A stretch of DNA of 64,000 nt from NCBI GenBank assembly GCA_020848275.1, contig JADLAK010000077.1, positions 7,606 to 71,605 of the forward strand, in the 5' to 3' direction. Below are positions 19,506 through 28,397 of this stretch, in pieces. Each line of letters begins with the position of its first letter. Position 1 is the stretch's first letter. A model generated the notes under the pieces. The model worked only from the letters and a program-made list of their open reading frames with translations. It was not told the DNA's origin and searched no databases. Made by a program: the position numbers and the translations under genes. This stretch comes from Planctomycetota bacterium. GTDB taxonomy: Bacteria > Planctomycetota > UBA8742 > UBA2392.

Positions 19506-20453
19506 ATGGTTCCCCAAGGATCCCTGATTCTCGTTACCGGTGCCGCCGGGTTCATCGGCAGCCACCTGTGCGAGGCGTTAATTATGCGCGGCTACCGCGT
19601 GCGCGGAGCCGACCGTATCGCGCTCAAGGATGCGCCGAACCTCGCAACGCTAAAAGACAAACAGTTCGAATTTGCGCAGGGCGACGCCTCAGACCCTGCT
19701 GTCGCACGCAAGGCCGCGACCGGCGCCGCCGCGATTTTGCACCACGCCGCCATGGCGAGCGTGCCACAGAGCATCGCCGACCCCGCTGCCGCGCACCGCG
19801 ATACAGCCACGACCACGCTGCACCTGCTTGCGGCTGCCAGGGAAACAGGCGTCAAACGCTTCGTGCTGGCTTCGAGCGCCGCGGTTTACGGCGACGCGCT
19901 GAAGCTTCCGGTGCGCGAGGACATCCAGCTTGCGCCCAAAAGTCCCTATGCGGCGGCGAAAATCGCCAGCGAAGCCTACGTCAGCGCGTTTTCGCGCCTT
20001 GGCGTCGAGGGCATCAGCCTGCGCTATTTCAACGTTTTCGGCCCGCGCCAGTCGCCGCAATCAAGTTACGCCGGGGTTGTCACGCAATTCGTCCATCGCA
20101 TCCTCAAGGGCGAAGAACTCGTTATTTTCGGCGATGGCGAACAAACGCGCGACTTCATCGACGTCGCCGATGTCGTACGAGCCAACCTGCTGGCGCTGGA
20201 AGCGCCGTCGCTGGGCGGAGCGGCGGTCAATATCGCAACCGGCAAGGCGATCAGCATCGCCGAGCTTGTCGAAGTCCTGGGTGAAATCTGCGGCAAGCAG
20301 CCGAAGGTGTCAAAGAAGCCGGCGCGGGCGGGTGACATCAAGGCCAGTTGCGCGGACGTTTCGCTGGCGAAGCGGCTGCTGGGCTTCGTTCCCGGCGCTG
20401 ACCTGAAGGCCGGCCTGCGCCGCGCGGTCGAATGGTTGAGGAGCGCGAAATGA
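19506..20453 (+). CDS. NAD-dependent epimerase/dehydratase (UDP-hexose 4-epimerase-like)
   Basis: ILVTGAAGFIGSHL, ASSAAVYG, SPYAAAK, LRYFNVFGPRQ and GDGEQTRDF. Confidence 0.93.
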   Translation: MVPQGSLILVTGAAGFIGSHLCEALIMRGYRVRGADRIALKDAPNLATLKDKQFEFAQGDASDPAVARKAATGAAAILHHAAMASVPQSIADPAAAHRDTATTTLHLLAAARETGVKRFVLASSAAVYGDALKLPVREDIQLAPKSPYAAAKIASEAYVSAFSRLGVEGISLRYFNVFGPRQSPQSSYAGVVTQFVHRILKGEELVIFGDGEQTRDFIDVADVVRANLLALEAPSLGGAAVNIATGKAISIAELVEVLGEICGKQPKVSKKPARAGDIKASCADVSLAKRLLGFVPGADLKAGLRRAVEWLRSAK

Positions 20454-21202
20454 GCATGCTTTCGAAATGGTTGCGCGGCGGTCAAACGAAAAAGAAAAAG
20501 GCCAAGCTCTCGGACCTGCCGATGGGATACGGCCCCGAAGAAAAAGCCACGCTCGACGAAGCCAAGCCCTACACCATGACCGACAAGCGGCGCGTGCTGG
20601 CGCTGATCCACGCCGTGCGCTACGTGGTCAATCAGGACATCCCCGGCGACATCGTCGAGTGCGGCGTGTGGAAGGGTGGCAGCATGATGGTGATCACCCG
20701 CACGCTTTTGAACCTGAAGGTGCGCGACCGCCGGTTGCACCTCTTCGACACCTTTGAGGGCATGAGTACGCCGACCAAGAGCGATGTCAGCATCGAAGGC
20801 CACGACGCGATCCGGATGTTCGCCGAGACGAAATTGGAAGACCGCGAGGGCTCGGAGTGGTGCCGTTCGCAGCTTGATGACGTCCGCGCCGCGGTCGAAT
20901 CCACGGGCTACCCGAAAGACAAAATCACCTACGTCAAAGGCAAGGTCGAGGACACGCTGCCCGCCGCGGCGCCCAAACGCATCGCGCTGCTCAGGCTGGA
21001 CACCGACTGGTACGAGTCGACGCTGGCCGAGATGGACCACTTGTTCACCAGGCTCGTGCCCGGCGGCGTGCTGATCATCGACGATTACCTTTACTGGCGC
21101 GGCGCGCGCCAGGCCGTCGATGAATACATCAAGCGTGAGAAAGTCCGCATCTTCCTGAGCCCTGTGGACGGCGGCGCGGTCATCGGAGTCAAGCAAAGTT
21201 GA
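20450..21202 (+). CDS. TylF/MycF/NovP-family O-methyltransferase
   Basis: IPGDIVECGVWKGGS, LFDTFEGM, LLRLDTDWYEST and IIDDY. Confidence 0.92.
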   Translation: MSMLSKWLRGGQTKKKKAKLSDLPMGYGPEEKATLDEAKPYTMTDKRRVLALIHAVRYVVNQDIPGDIVECGVWKGGSMMVITRTLLNLKVRDRRLHLFDTFEGMSTPTKSDVSIEGHDAIRMFAETKLEDREGSEWCRSQLDDVRAAVESTGYPKDKITYVKGKVEDTLPAAAPKRIALLRLDTDWYESTLAEMDHLFTRLVPGGVLIIDDYLYWRGARQAVDEYIKREKVRIFLSPVDGGAVIGVKQS

Positions 21203-21987
21203 GCGAAGACAAGATCACATTTTCGTTCGGCGCGAACTGGCAGGACTTCCTCAAGCACGCCAATGAGCGCGTCATCACCGGCGCGCGCGCCGACATCGAA
21301 AAATGGCTGGGCGAAAGCAACGTCAAGGGCAAACGCATCGTCGATATCGGTTGCGGCTCGGGCGTGCATTCGTGGTGCTATCACCTGATGGGCGCGCGCG
21401 AACTTGTCTCGCTCGACGTTGACCCCAATAGTGTAGCCGCAACCACGCGTTGCTTTGAGCAAGCGGGCAAGCCCGCGAATTGGCAGGTGCTGCACGGGTC
21501 GGTGCTGGACACGAACTTTCTCGCGAAGCTCGGGACATTCGACATCGTGTATTCCTGGGGCGTGCTGCACCACACGGGGCAGATGTGGCCGGCGATTGAA
21601 AACGCCTGCACGCTGATCGCGCCCGGCGGGTTGTTCTGGATCGCGCTTTATGTAAAGGGCCCCAACTACCAGCGCGACCTCGAACTCAAGCAGCGTTACA
21701 ACCGCGCGGGCGCGTTAGGCAAATGGTGGATGGAACGCAAGTGGATCAACGGCCTGATGTGGAAGCGCCTGAAGAAGGGCAAAAATCCCTTCAACTGGAA
21801 CCGCAAAAAGGAACGCGGCATGAACACCTACCACGACCTCGTGGATTGGCTCGGCGGCCTGCCCTATGAAGTCGTCAGCGTAGAGGACATTCGCGACTTC
21901 TGCGGCAAACACGGCTTGACTGTTGAGCGCGTCGAGGAGCACGGCGAAGGCGCCAACCACATCTTTCTTCTACGCCGGGCGAAGTAG
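21199..21987 (+). CDS. Class I SAM-dependent methyltransferase
   Basis: IVDIGCGSG and FDIVYSWGVLHHTG. TTG start overlaps the upstream stop. Confidence 0.9.
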   Translation: MSEDKITFSFGANWQDFLKHANERVITGARADIEKWLGESNVKGKRIVDIGCGSGVHSWCYHLMGARELVSLDVDPNSVAATTRCFEQAGKPANWQVLHGSVLDTNFLAKLGTFDIVYSWGVLHHTGQMWPAIENACTLIAPGGLFWIALYVKGPNYQRDLELKQRYNRAGALGKWWMERKWINGLMWKRLKKGKNPFNWNRKKERGMNTYHDLVDWLGGLPYEVVSVEDIRDFCGKHGLTVERVEEHGEGANHIFLLRRAK

Positions 21988-22003
21988 GGGCTGCGAGGTC
22001 ACC

Positions 22004-23857
22004 ATGTGCGGCATCGCCGGCATTCTTCGTTTTGACCGCCCTCCCACCGAGGTTGAACTTAAACGCATGACCGACGCGCTCGCCCATCGCGGACCCGACG
22101 GCGAAGGCGTGTTTCTGCGCGACCGCGTCGGGCTCGGCCATCGCCGCCTGGCGATTATTGATTTGCACACGGGTGACCAGCCGATGCACAGCGCTGACGG
22201 CGCACTCAGCATCGTCTTCAACGGCGAGATCTACAACTATCGCGAACTCGCCGAAGAACTGCGCAAACTCGGGCGCGAGTTCCGCACCAAAAGCGACACG
22301 GAAGTCATCCTGCAGGCCTACGCGCAGTGGGGCGCCGATTGCGTGACGCGGCTGCGCGGGATGTTCGCGTTCTGCATCGTCGATTTCGCGCGCAAACGCT
22401 GGTTCATGGCGCGCGATCACTTCGGCATCAAGCCGCTGTATCTCCGGCGCGGCAAAGGCTACATCGCGTTCGGCTCGGAGCTTTCGGCCCTGCGTGTTGC
22501 AGAGGAAGCGCCGCCGCGTGGGCGTCTGCAGGCAATCGAATGGTTCCTGCGCTACCAGTACATCCCCGCGCCCGAGACGGTCTTCCACGAGATCGAAAAG
22601 CTTCCGTCCGCGACCTATCTCGAGGGCGACCTCGACGGCAACGTCAACGCGCCGCGCACCTACTGGCGCATTGCGTTCAACGCGCAAACCGGCGTCAGCG
22701 ACGACGAATGGCTCGAGCGCCTCGACGCGGTCATGGCCGACAGTGTGCGCGCGCACTTGATTGCCGACGTGCCCGTCGGCGTGTTTGTTTCGGGAGGAAT
22801 AGACTCGACGCTCGTCGCTTCGCACATGGCGCGGCTGACGACGGGCCAGGTCAAAGCGTTCTCGATTGGTTTCGAAGAGCCCGGCTTCTCGGAACTTCCT
22901 TACGCGAGCGAGGCCGCAAAAGTTGTCGGCGTCCAGCAATTCACGCGCGTGGTCAAAGACGATTTCTGGGACGAGTTGCCCAAACTCGTGGCGCATTACG
23001 GCGAGCCCTACGGCGACAACTCGATGATCCCGATGTGGCAGCTTGCCAGGCTCGCGCGCGAACACGTCAAAGTCGCGCTGTCGGGCGATGGCGGCGACGA
23101 GGGTTTTGGCGGCTACGGGTCCTACGTCGCGTGGCTCGCCACGCCTCGGGTGCGCGAGTATTGGCGGCGTCTGCGCCGCGGTGAGGGAAGTCTCGGCGAC
23201 TGGCTATGGGCCGTGCGGCGGAAATTCTTTGGCCGCAGCACGCCGCGCCCATCGGAGTGGGAGCGCATCATTAAATACACGTCGGCTGAGCGCAGGCGTT
23301 CGCTCTGGCGCCACGAGTACGCAAAGCTTGCGAGCGTGCAGAACCCGAGTTACCAGGCCGCCGCCGAAGCGGCGCCGCGCGAGATGCTCGATTTCGCGCA
23401 ATATCTCGACTGGCAGACGTACCTGCCCGGCGATGTGCTGGCGAAAGTTGACGTCGCGACCATGTATCACGGGCTGGAGGCGCGCACGCCGCTGATCGAC
23501 CTGCGCGTGGTCGAACTCGCGACGCAATTGCCCGAAAGCGTGCGCATGCGCGGCGAGCACGGCAAATGGCTGCTGAAGGAAAGCCTGCGCAAGCGCTTCA
23601 ACGAGGATTTCGTCAACCGGCCCAAACACGGCTTCGGCATACCGCGCAAACACTGGTTTTTGCCCGGGCGCGCGGGCCGCCGCACTCTCGAGCACGTGCT
23701 GCTCGACAAAGGTTCGCGCCTGCGCGAGTGGTTTGACGGCGGCGAAATCGAGCGGCTGATCGCGGAGCACGGCGAGAAGGATCGCTCGGCGGCGCTCTGG
23801 CTGCTGCTCGTGCTGGGCATCTGGTGCGACCAGAACCGCGACATCCAGTTCAGCTAG
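22004..23857 (+). CDS. asnB: Asparagine synthase (glutamine-hydrolysing) family amidotransferase
   Basis: N-terminal MCGIAG, HRGPDG, ARDHFGIKPLY, VFVSGGIDS and LSGDGGDEGFGGY. Confidence 0.9.
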   Translation: MCGIAGILRFDRPPTEVELKRMTDALAHRGPDGEGVFLRDRVGLGHRRLAIIDLHTGDQPMHSADGALSIVFNGEIYNYRELAEELRKLGREFRTKSDTEVILQAYAQWGADCVTRLRGMFAFCIVDFARKRWFMARDHFGIKPLYLRRGKGYIAFGSELSALRVAEEAPPRGRLQAIEWFLRYQYIPAPETVFHEIEKLPSATYLEGDLDGNVNAPRTYWRIAFNAQTGVSDDEWLERLDAVMADSVRAHLIADVPVGVFVSGGIDSTLVASHMARLTTGQVKAFSIGFEEPGFSELPYASEAAKVVGVQQFTRVVKDDFWDELPKLVAHYGEPYGDNSMIPMWQLARLAREHVKVALSGDGGDEGFGGYGSYVAWLATPRVREYWRRLRRGEGSLGDWLWAVRRKFFGRSTPRPSEWERIIKYTSAERRRSLWRHEYAKLASVQNPSYQAAAEAAPREMLDFAQYLDWQTYLPGDVLAKVDVATMYHGLEARTPLIDLRVVELATQLPESVRMRGEHGKWLLKESLRKRFNEDFVNRPKHGFGIPRKHWFLPGRAGRRTLEHVLLDKGSRLREWFDGGEIERLIAEHGEKDRSAALWLLLVLGIWCDQNRDIQFS

Positions 23858-23860
23858 TCG

Positions 23861-23934
23861 TTAGCCACGAATACCACGAATTTTCACGAATGAGATGTTG
23901 GAATTCGTGTCCATTCGTGTTCATTCGTGGCTAA
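23861..23934. repeat. CACGAAT/ATTCGTG triple-unit palindrome, copy A
   Basis: Terminal TTAGCCACGAAT/ATTCGTGGCTAA with three units per arm. Confidence 0.85.
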
Positions 23935-23943
23935 ATCGCGCCG

Positions 23944-25074
23944 ATGCGGGGCGCTCTTTCTGGAAAACGTGTGATCGTCGTGCTGCCGAGCCTCGAACTT
24001 GGCGGGTCCGAGCGCCAGGCGCTGCTGCTCGCACGCTGGCTGCGCGACCGCGAAGGCGCCGAGGTGCAGGTCTGGGGCAAGGGCCCGTCTGGCCGCGCCA
24101 GCGATCTTTGCGACGAGGCGAAATTGCCGTGGCGCGCGGTTGAAATGGAATTGCGCGTCGGCCGCTGGACATTGTTCTGGAACTTGCGGCGGTTCGCCAA
24201 GCTCGTGCGCGAGGCCCGCGCGGACATTCTTCTTCCGTATACGACCGGCCCGAACGTTTTTTGTGGCGCGACGTGGCGCAAAGCGGGGGCTAAAGCCTGC
24301 GTCTGGAACCAGCGCGACGAAGGCCGCCGCCTGGGCGTGCAGGCGATCGACGCGAAGGCTGCGCACAACACACCGGTACTGGTCTCGAATTCGCAGCACG
24401 CCGCCGACGTCGTCAAGGAAGCGCTGGGCGTGCGCGAGGTGCGCGTGATTCACAACGGGGTCGAACTCGCGCCGCCGCTGCGGGATCGCGCCGACTGGCG
24501 CGCGCAACTGAAAGCCGGCAGCGGTCAGTTTGTGGCGACGATGGTGGCGAACGTCCACGGCTACAAGGACCACACGACGCTGATTCGCGCCTGGCGCGCG
24601 GTCGTGGACGTGCTGGGATCGCGGGCGGTGCTTGCGCTGGCGGGCAAGCCCGGCGACAAACAGGCCGAGGTCGAAGCGCTGATCGTGCAATTCAAACTCA
24701 CGGGCGACGTCGTGCTACTGGGCCAGGTCGCGGATGTGAGCGGCCTGCTTGCCGCGAGCGACATCGGCGTTTTCAGTTCGCACAAGGAAGGCTGCCCCAA
24801 CGGCGTGCTGGAATGCATGGCGGCGGGGCTGGCGGTTGCGGGCACGGACATCCCCGGCATTCGCGAGGCCGTCGGAGACGCGGGCAAGCCCTGGTTGGCC
24901 CCGGAAAACGACGACCATGTTCTGTCAGAGCGGATCATCGCGCTGGCGCAGGACGTGGACGCCCGCAAAGAGGCGGGTGAAGCCAATCGCGCGCGCATCG
25001 CGGCGGAATTCAGCCCCGAAAAAATGTGCCGCGAAACCGTGCAAGCAATCAAAGATTCTATGAACCACGAATGA
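23944..25074 (+). CDS. Glycosyltransferase family 4
   Basis: LELGGSERQAL, KDHTTLI and SHKEGCPNGVLECMAAGL. Confidence 0.9.
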   Translation: MRGALSGKRVIVVLPSLELGGSERQALLLARWLRDREGAEVQVWGKGPSGRASDLCDEAKLPWRAVEMELRVGRWTLFWNLRRFAKLVREARADILLPYTTGPNVFCGATWRKAGAKACVWNQRDEGRRLGVQAIDAKAAHNTPVLVSNSQHAADVVKEALGVREVRVIHNGVELAPPLRDRADWRAQLKAGSGQFVATMVANVHGYKDHTTLIRAWRAVVDVLGSRAVLALAGKPGDKQAEVEALIVQFKLTGDVVLLGQVADVSGLLAASDIGVFSSHKEGCPNGVLECMAAGLAVAGTDIPGIREAVGDAGKPWLAPENDDHVLSERIIALAQDVDARKEAGEANRARIAAEFSPEKMCRETVQAIKDSMNHE

Positions 25075-25135
25075 ACACGAATTCTCACGAATACGCCGCA
25101 TCAGATTCGTGTCCATTCGTGGAATTCGTGGCTAA
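25063..25135. repeat. CACGAAT/ATTCGTG triple-unit palindrome, copy B
   Basis: aaccacgaatgaacacgaattctcacgaat ... attcgtgtccattcgtggaattcgtggctaa. It supplies the stop codon of the upstream GT4. Confidence 0.85.
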
Positions 25136-25144
25136 AAGGTCCTT

Positions 25145-26293
25145 GTGAAAGATGGCAAACGCAAATCGAATCCTGTCCGCCGCGCAATTTTCGGCGCGCT
25201 GGGCGGTATTCGCGGGGCGTTCTGGCGCAAAAAAAATCCGGGCGGCCTGTTCTTCTTCTTCAATCATGCGGTGGTCGGCGGCGCGGACCTTGTGCACGCG
25301 CAGATCGTGCAGGCCGTCGCCGACAAACACCCGTGGGTGTTTTTCACGCTGCCGAGTGAGACCAACACTTTTGCCGACAAGTTCCCGCGCGAGGCGCGCA
25401 TTGTCGACATCGGCCGCAAAGTCACGGGCAAGGCGAGCAAGTTCTTCCAGATCGGGAAAATCGCCGCGCTGATTAACCGCCATACCAGCGCGACGGTGTT
25501 CTGCGGCCACTCGCGTTTCTTCTACGAGCTTGCGCCGCGTCTAAAGCCGCACGTGCGCTGCATAGACCTCGTGCACGCGCTGGCGACGCTCGAACATTTC
25601 AGTTTGCCCGCCGTGCCGCGCCTGAATGCGCGCATCGTGATCACGCCGCGCGTCAAAGATGATTTGCGGGCGATTTACCTCGAGAACGGGCTCGATGGCG
25701 CGCTCGCCGACCGCATTCAGTTGATCGAAAACAGCGTCGAGGTGCCCGCCAGCTTCGCGCCCAAACCGCCGGGGCCGCTGCGCGTTCTGTTTGTCGGTCG
25801 CGGCAGCAAGGAAAAGCGCGTGCATCTGATCGGCCGTCTCGCGACCGCGTGCAAAACGCGCGGCATCGCGGTTGAATTCACGCTCGTCGGCGACGTGGAC
25901 GGCTGGCTGGAGCCCGCCCACAAGCCCAATGTCAAACTCGAGGGCGTCGTGACGGACCGAGCCCGCCTGGATGCGTTCTACGACCGCGCAGACATTTTGA
26001 TTATCACCTCGATCATTGAGGGCTTCCCGCTGGTGGTGATGGAAGCGATGGCGCGCGGCGGCGTGCCACTGTGCACCAACGTCGGCGGTATGCCACGCCA
26101 CGTGATACCCGGGCAGACGGGTTTTCTGGTCGAGAGCGGTGCGGAAGAAAAGGTTGTCACGGACATGGCCGATATTCTCGCGGGTCTTGATCGTGGCGCG
26201 CTCGGCACGCTTGCGGCGAATTGCCATACTCGTGCGGTCGAATACTTTTCCGCTACCCGGTTCCGCAAGGCGTACCGCGATCTGTTGTTGTAG
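25145..26293 (+). CDS. Glycosyltransferase family 4
   Basis: ITSIIEGFPLVVMEAMARG and TNVGGMP. GTG start. Confidence 0.85.
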   Translation: MKDGKRKSNPVRRAIFGALGGIRGAFWRKKNPGGLFFFFNHAVVGGADLVHAQIVQAVADKHPWVFFTLPSETNTFADKFPREARIVDIGRKVTGKASKFFQIGKIAALINRHTSATVFCGHSRFFYELAPRLKPHVRCIDLVHALATLEHFSLPAVPRLNARIVITPRVKDDLRAIYLENGLDGALADRIQLIENSVEVPASFAPKPPGPLRVLFVGRGSKEKRVHLIGRLATACKTRGIAVEFTLVGDVDGWLEPAHKPNVKLEGVVTDRARLDAFYDRADILIITSIIEGFPLVVMEAMARGGVPLCTNVGGMPRHVIPGQTGFLVESGAEEKVVTDMADILAGLDRGALGTLAANCHTRAVEYFSATRFRKAYRDLLL

Positions 26294-26359
26294 AGACATG
26301 CGGCAGCATGTCCGCCAATCGTTCATGGACACGCTGCCGCGTGTCCCTACGTTGGGTCT

Positions 26360-27295
26360 ATGAAAGTCAGCGCAATCATCCCCACCTTTCGGCGGCCGCA
26401 ACTAATTGCGCGTTCGCTCGAAAGCGTGCTTGCGCAAACCCACCGGCCGCTGGAACTGATCGTGATCGACGACGGCAGCGGCGACGACACGCCGCGCGTG
26501 CTGGAAACCTTCGCAACCCGCGCCAAGGCCGCGAACGTCGACTTCAAGTTCTTCACGGTGCCTAATGGCGGGCCGGGGCTCGCGCGCAACGTGGGCATGC
26601 AGCAGGCGACCGGAGACCTCTTTGCGTTTCTCGACGACGACGATGCCTGGATGCCCGACAAACTCGCAACACAGGTTGCGGCGCTGGCGGCCAAGCCCGC
26701 TGCGGGCGTGAGTTTTACCCAGTATGTTCATGCCGGAAGTGACGTTGCCAAACCGTCGGCCGAAAGCCTGCGCGACGGCTGGTGTTTTAAATCGCTGTGC
26801 GAGGGCAATACTCGCGCGCATTTGCAAACGCTGATGGTGCGGCGCGAGGTTACGCAAAGGTGCGGCGGCTTCCTGCCGCTGTACAACTTTGAGGATGCGG
26901 AATTCGCTTTGCGTGCGTCGCTGGATTTCGAGTTCGTCGCGGTTCCGCGCGCGCTGACGGTGATTCACGGCGCGCCGACCAGCGTCAGCCGCGAAGCCGG
27001 CCTCGAGGGCGATCTCAAGCGCGACGCGATCAAGCTCAAGGCGCTGGAGGAATTTGCCGCGAAGTATGCGTCCCATGCGCGTTTTGACGGCGCAGCGTTG
27101 AAAAACTACCGCGCGCGCATCTACGACGAACACATCAAGCATCTGTTGTGGCTGGGGCGGGTGGGCGAGGCCCGCGACGCTCGCCACCGCGCGCTGGCTG
27201 ATTGCGGCGACCTCGCAATCCTGCGCAACCTCGGCGGCAAGATCCGCAAAGCCCGCGCGCTGGGCTGGTTCGGCATGCGTTTGAAAAAGCCGTGA
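26360..27295 (+). CDS. Glycosyltransferase family 2
   Basis: VSAIIPTFRR, IVIDDGSGD, ARNVG and FAFLDDDD. Confidence 0.92.
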   Translation: MKVSAIIPTFRRPQLIARSLESVLAQTHRPLELIVIDDGSGDDTPRVLETFATRAKAANVDFKFFTVPNGGPGLARNVGMQQATGDLFAFLDDDDAWMPDKLATQVAALAAKPAAGVSFTQYVHAGSDVAKPSAESLRDGWCFKSLCEGNTRAHLQTLMVRREVTQRCGGFLPLYNFEDAEFALRASLDFEFVAVPRALTVIHGAPTSVSREAGLEGDLKRDAIKLKALEEFAAKYASHARFDGAALKNYRARIYDEHIKHLLWLGRVGEARDARHRALADCGDLAILRNLGGKIRKARALGWFGMRLKKP

Positions 27296-27349
27296 CAGCC
27301 CCGGCCTTGCGGCCGGGACTGATTACGCGGTCTTGGCGTGAGGCGGCAG

Positions 27350-28255
27350 TTACGGGCGTTGGCGTTGTTCGGCGTTCCAGGACTCACGTAGCAGGTCGAG
27401 GTAACGGTCGTAGCGGCCTTTGTCGAGGTCGCCGGCTTCGACGGCCTTCTTCACGGCGCAACCGGGCTCGTGGCGATGGGTGCAGCCGCTGAAGCGGCAT
27501 TTCAGGCGGAACTCCTCGAAGTCCGGGTAAAACAGCGACAGCTCCTCGAGCTTCAGCTCCCACAGGCCGAATTCGCGCACGCCGGGCGTGTCGACAACCC
27601 AGCCGCCCGCAACGGGCACCAGGCTGGCGTTGGTCGTGGTGTGTTTGCCGTCGCCGCTGCGCGAGATTTCATTCGTCCGGATATCCAGTCCCGGTTCGAG
27701 CGCATTTAGCAGCGACGATTTGCCGACGCCCGAAAGTCCCGCGAACACCGAAACGCGGCCCTTCAGCAACGCGCGCAGGTCGTCAAGGCCGTCGCCGCGC
27801 GTCGCGCTGACAAAGAGCATATTCAACGGCAGCTTGCGATAAGCCTTCAACCCCTTGGGCGCGTGCACGAGGTCGACCTTGTTGACGACAATCGCGGGCG
27901 TGAGGTTCTGCATGAACGCGCAGGCCAGAAGTCGATCCAGCGTCGGCAGGCTGTCGTTGATCGCGTCGGCGGAAACCACGATCGCGAGATTTTCGACGTT
28001 GGCCGCGATCACTTGCTTGATGCGCGGGTCGCGGGTGCTTGGCCGCACGAGTTCGCCCTTGCGCGGCTGGACGGATTCGACGGAAGCATCGTCGCCGCCA
28101 ATGACGCTGATCTCGACGCGGTCGCCGACGGCAATCGGGCTGCGGGACTCGCGCCGGCCCTGTTTCATTTTGCCGCGCATCTCACAGGCGTACTCGCGCC
28201 CGTCGCTGGCGACGTAGGCGATGCGGCCGTGAAGTCTTACGACGATTCCTTGCAT
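27350..28255 (-). CDS. rsgA: Ribosome small subunit-dependent GTPase A
   Basis: NKVD, GLSGVGKSSLLN, GKHTTT, DTPGVREF and CRFSGCTHRHEPGC. Confidence 0.96.
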   Translation of the reverse strand: MQGIVVRLHGRIAYVASDGREYACEMRGKMKQGRRESRSPIAVGDRVEISVIGGDDASVESVQPRKGELVRPSTRDPRIKQVIAANVENLAIVVSADAINDSLPTLDRLLACAFMQNLTPAIVVNKVDLVHAPKGLKAYRKLPLNMLFVSATRGDGLDDLRALLKGRVSVFAGLSGVGKSSLLNALEPGLDIRTNEISRSGDGKHTTTNASLVPVAGGWVVDTPGVREFGLWELKLEELSLFYPDFEEFRLKCRFSGCTHRHEPGCAVKKAVEAGDLDKGRYDRYLDLLRESWNAEQRQRP

Positions 28256-28397
28256 TGCAGGAATCCTACGCGATGCGCCGGATTCTGCTCAGGAAATCCG
28301 GCTCGATTGCCGATGTATCGGATACGGATGTTTGCCGCTGCGACCCGCGTATTGCGTCACGGAGGACGCCTCGCGCGCGTTGCCAGACGAGTTGAAC

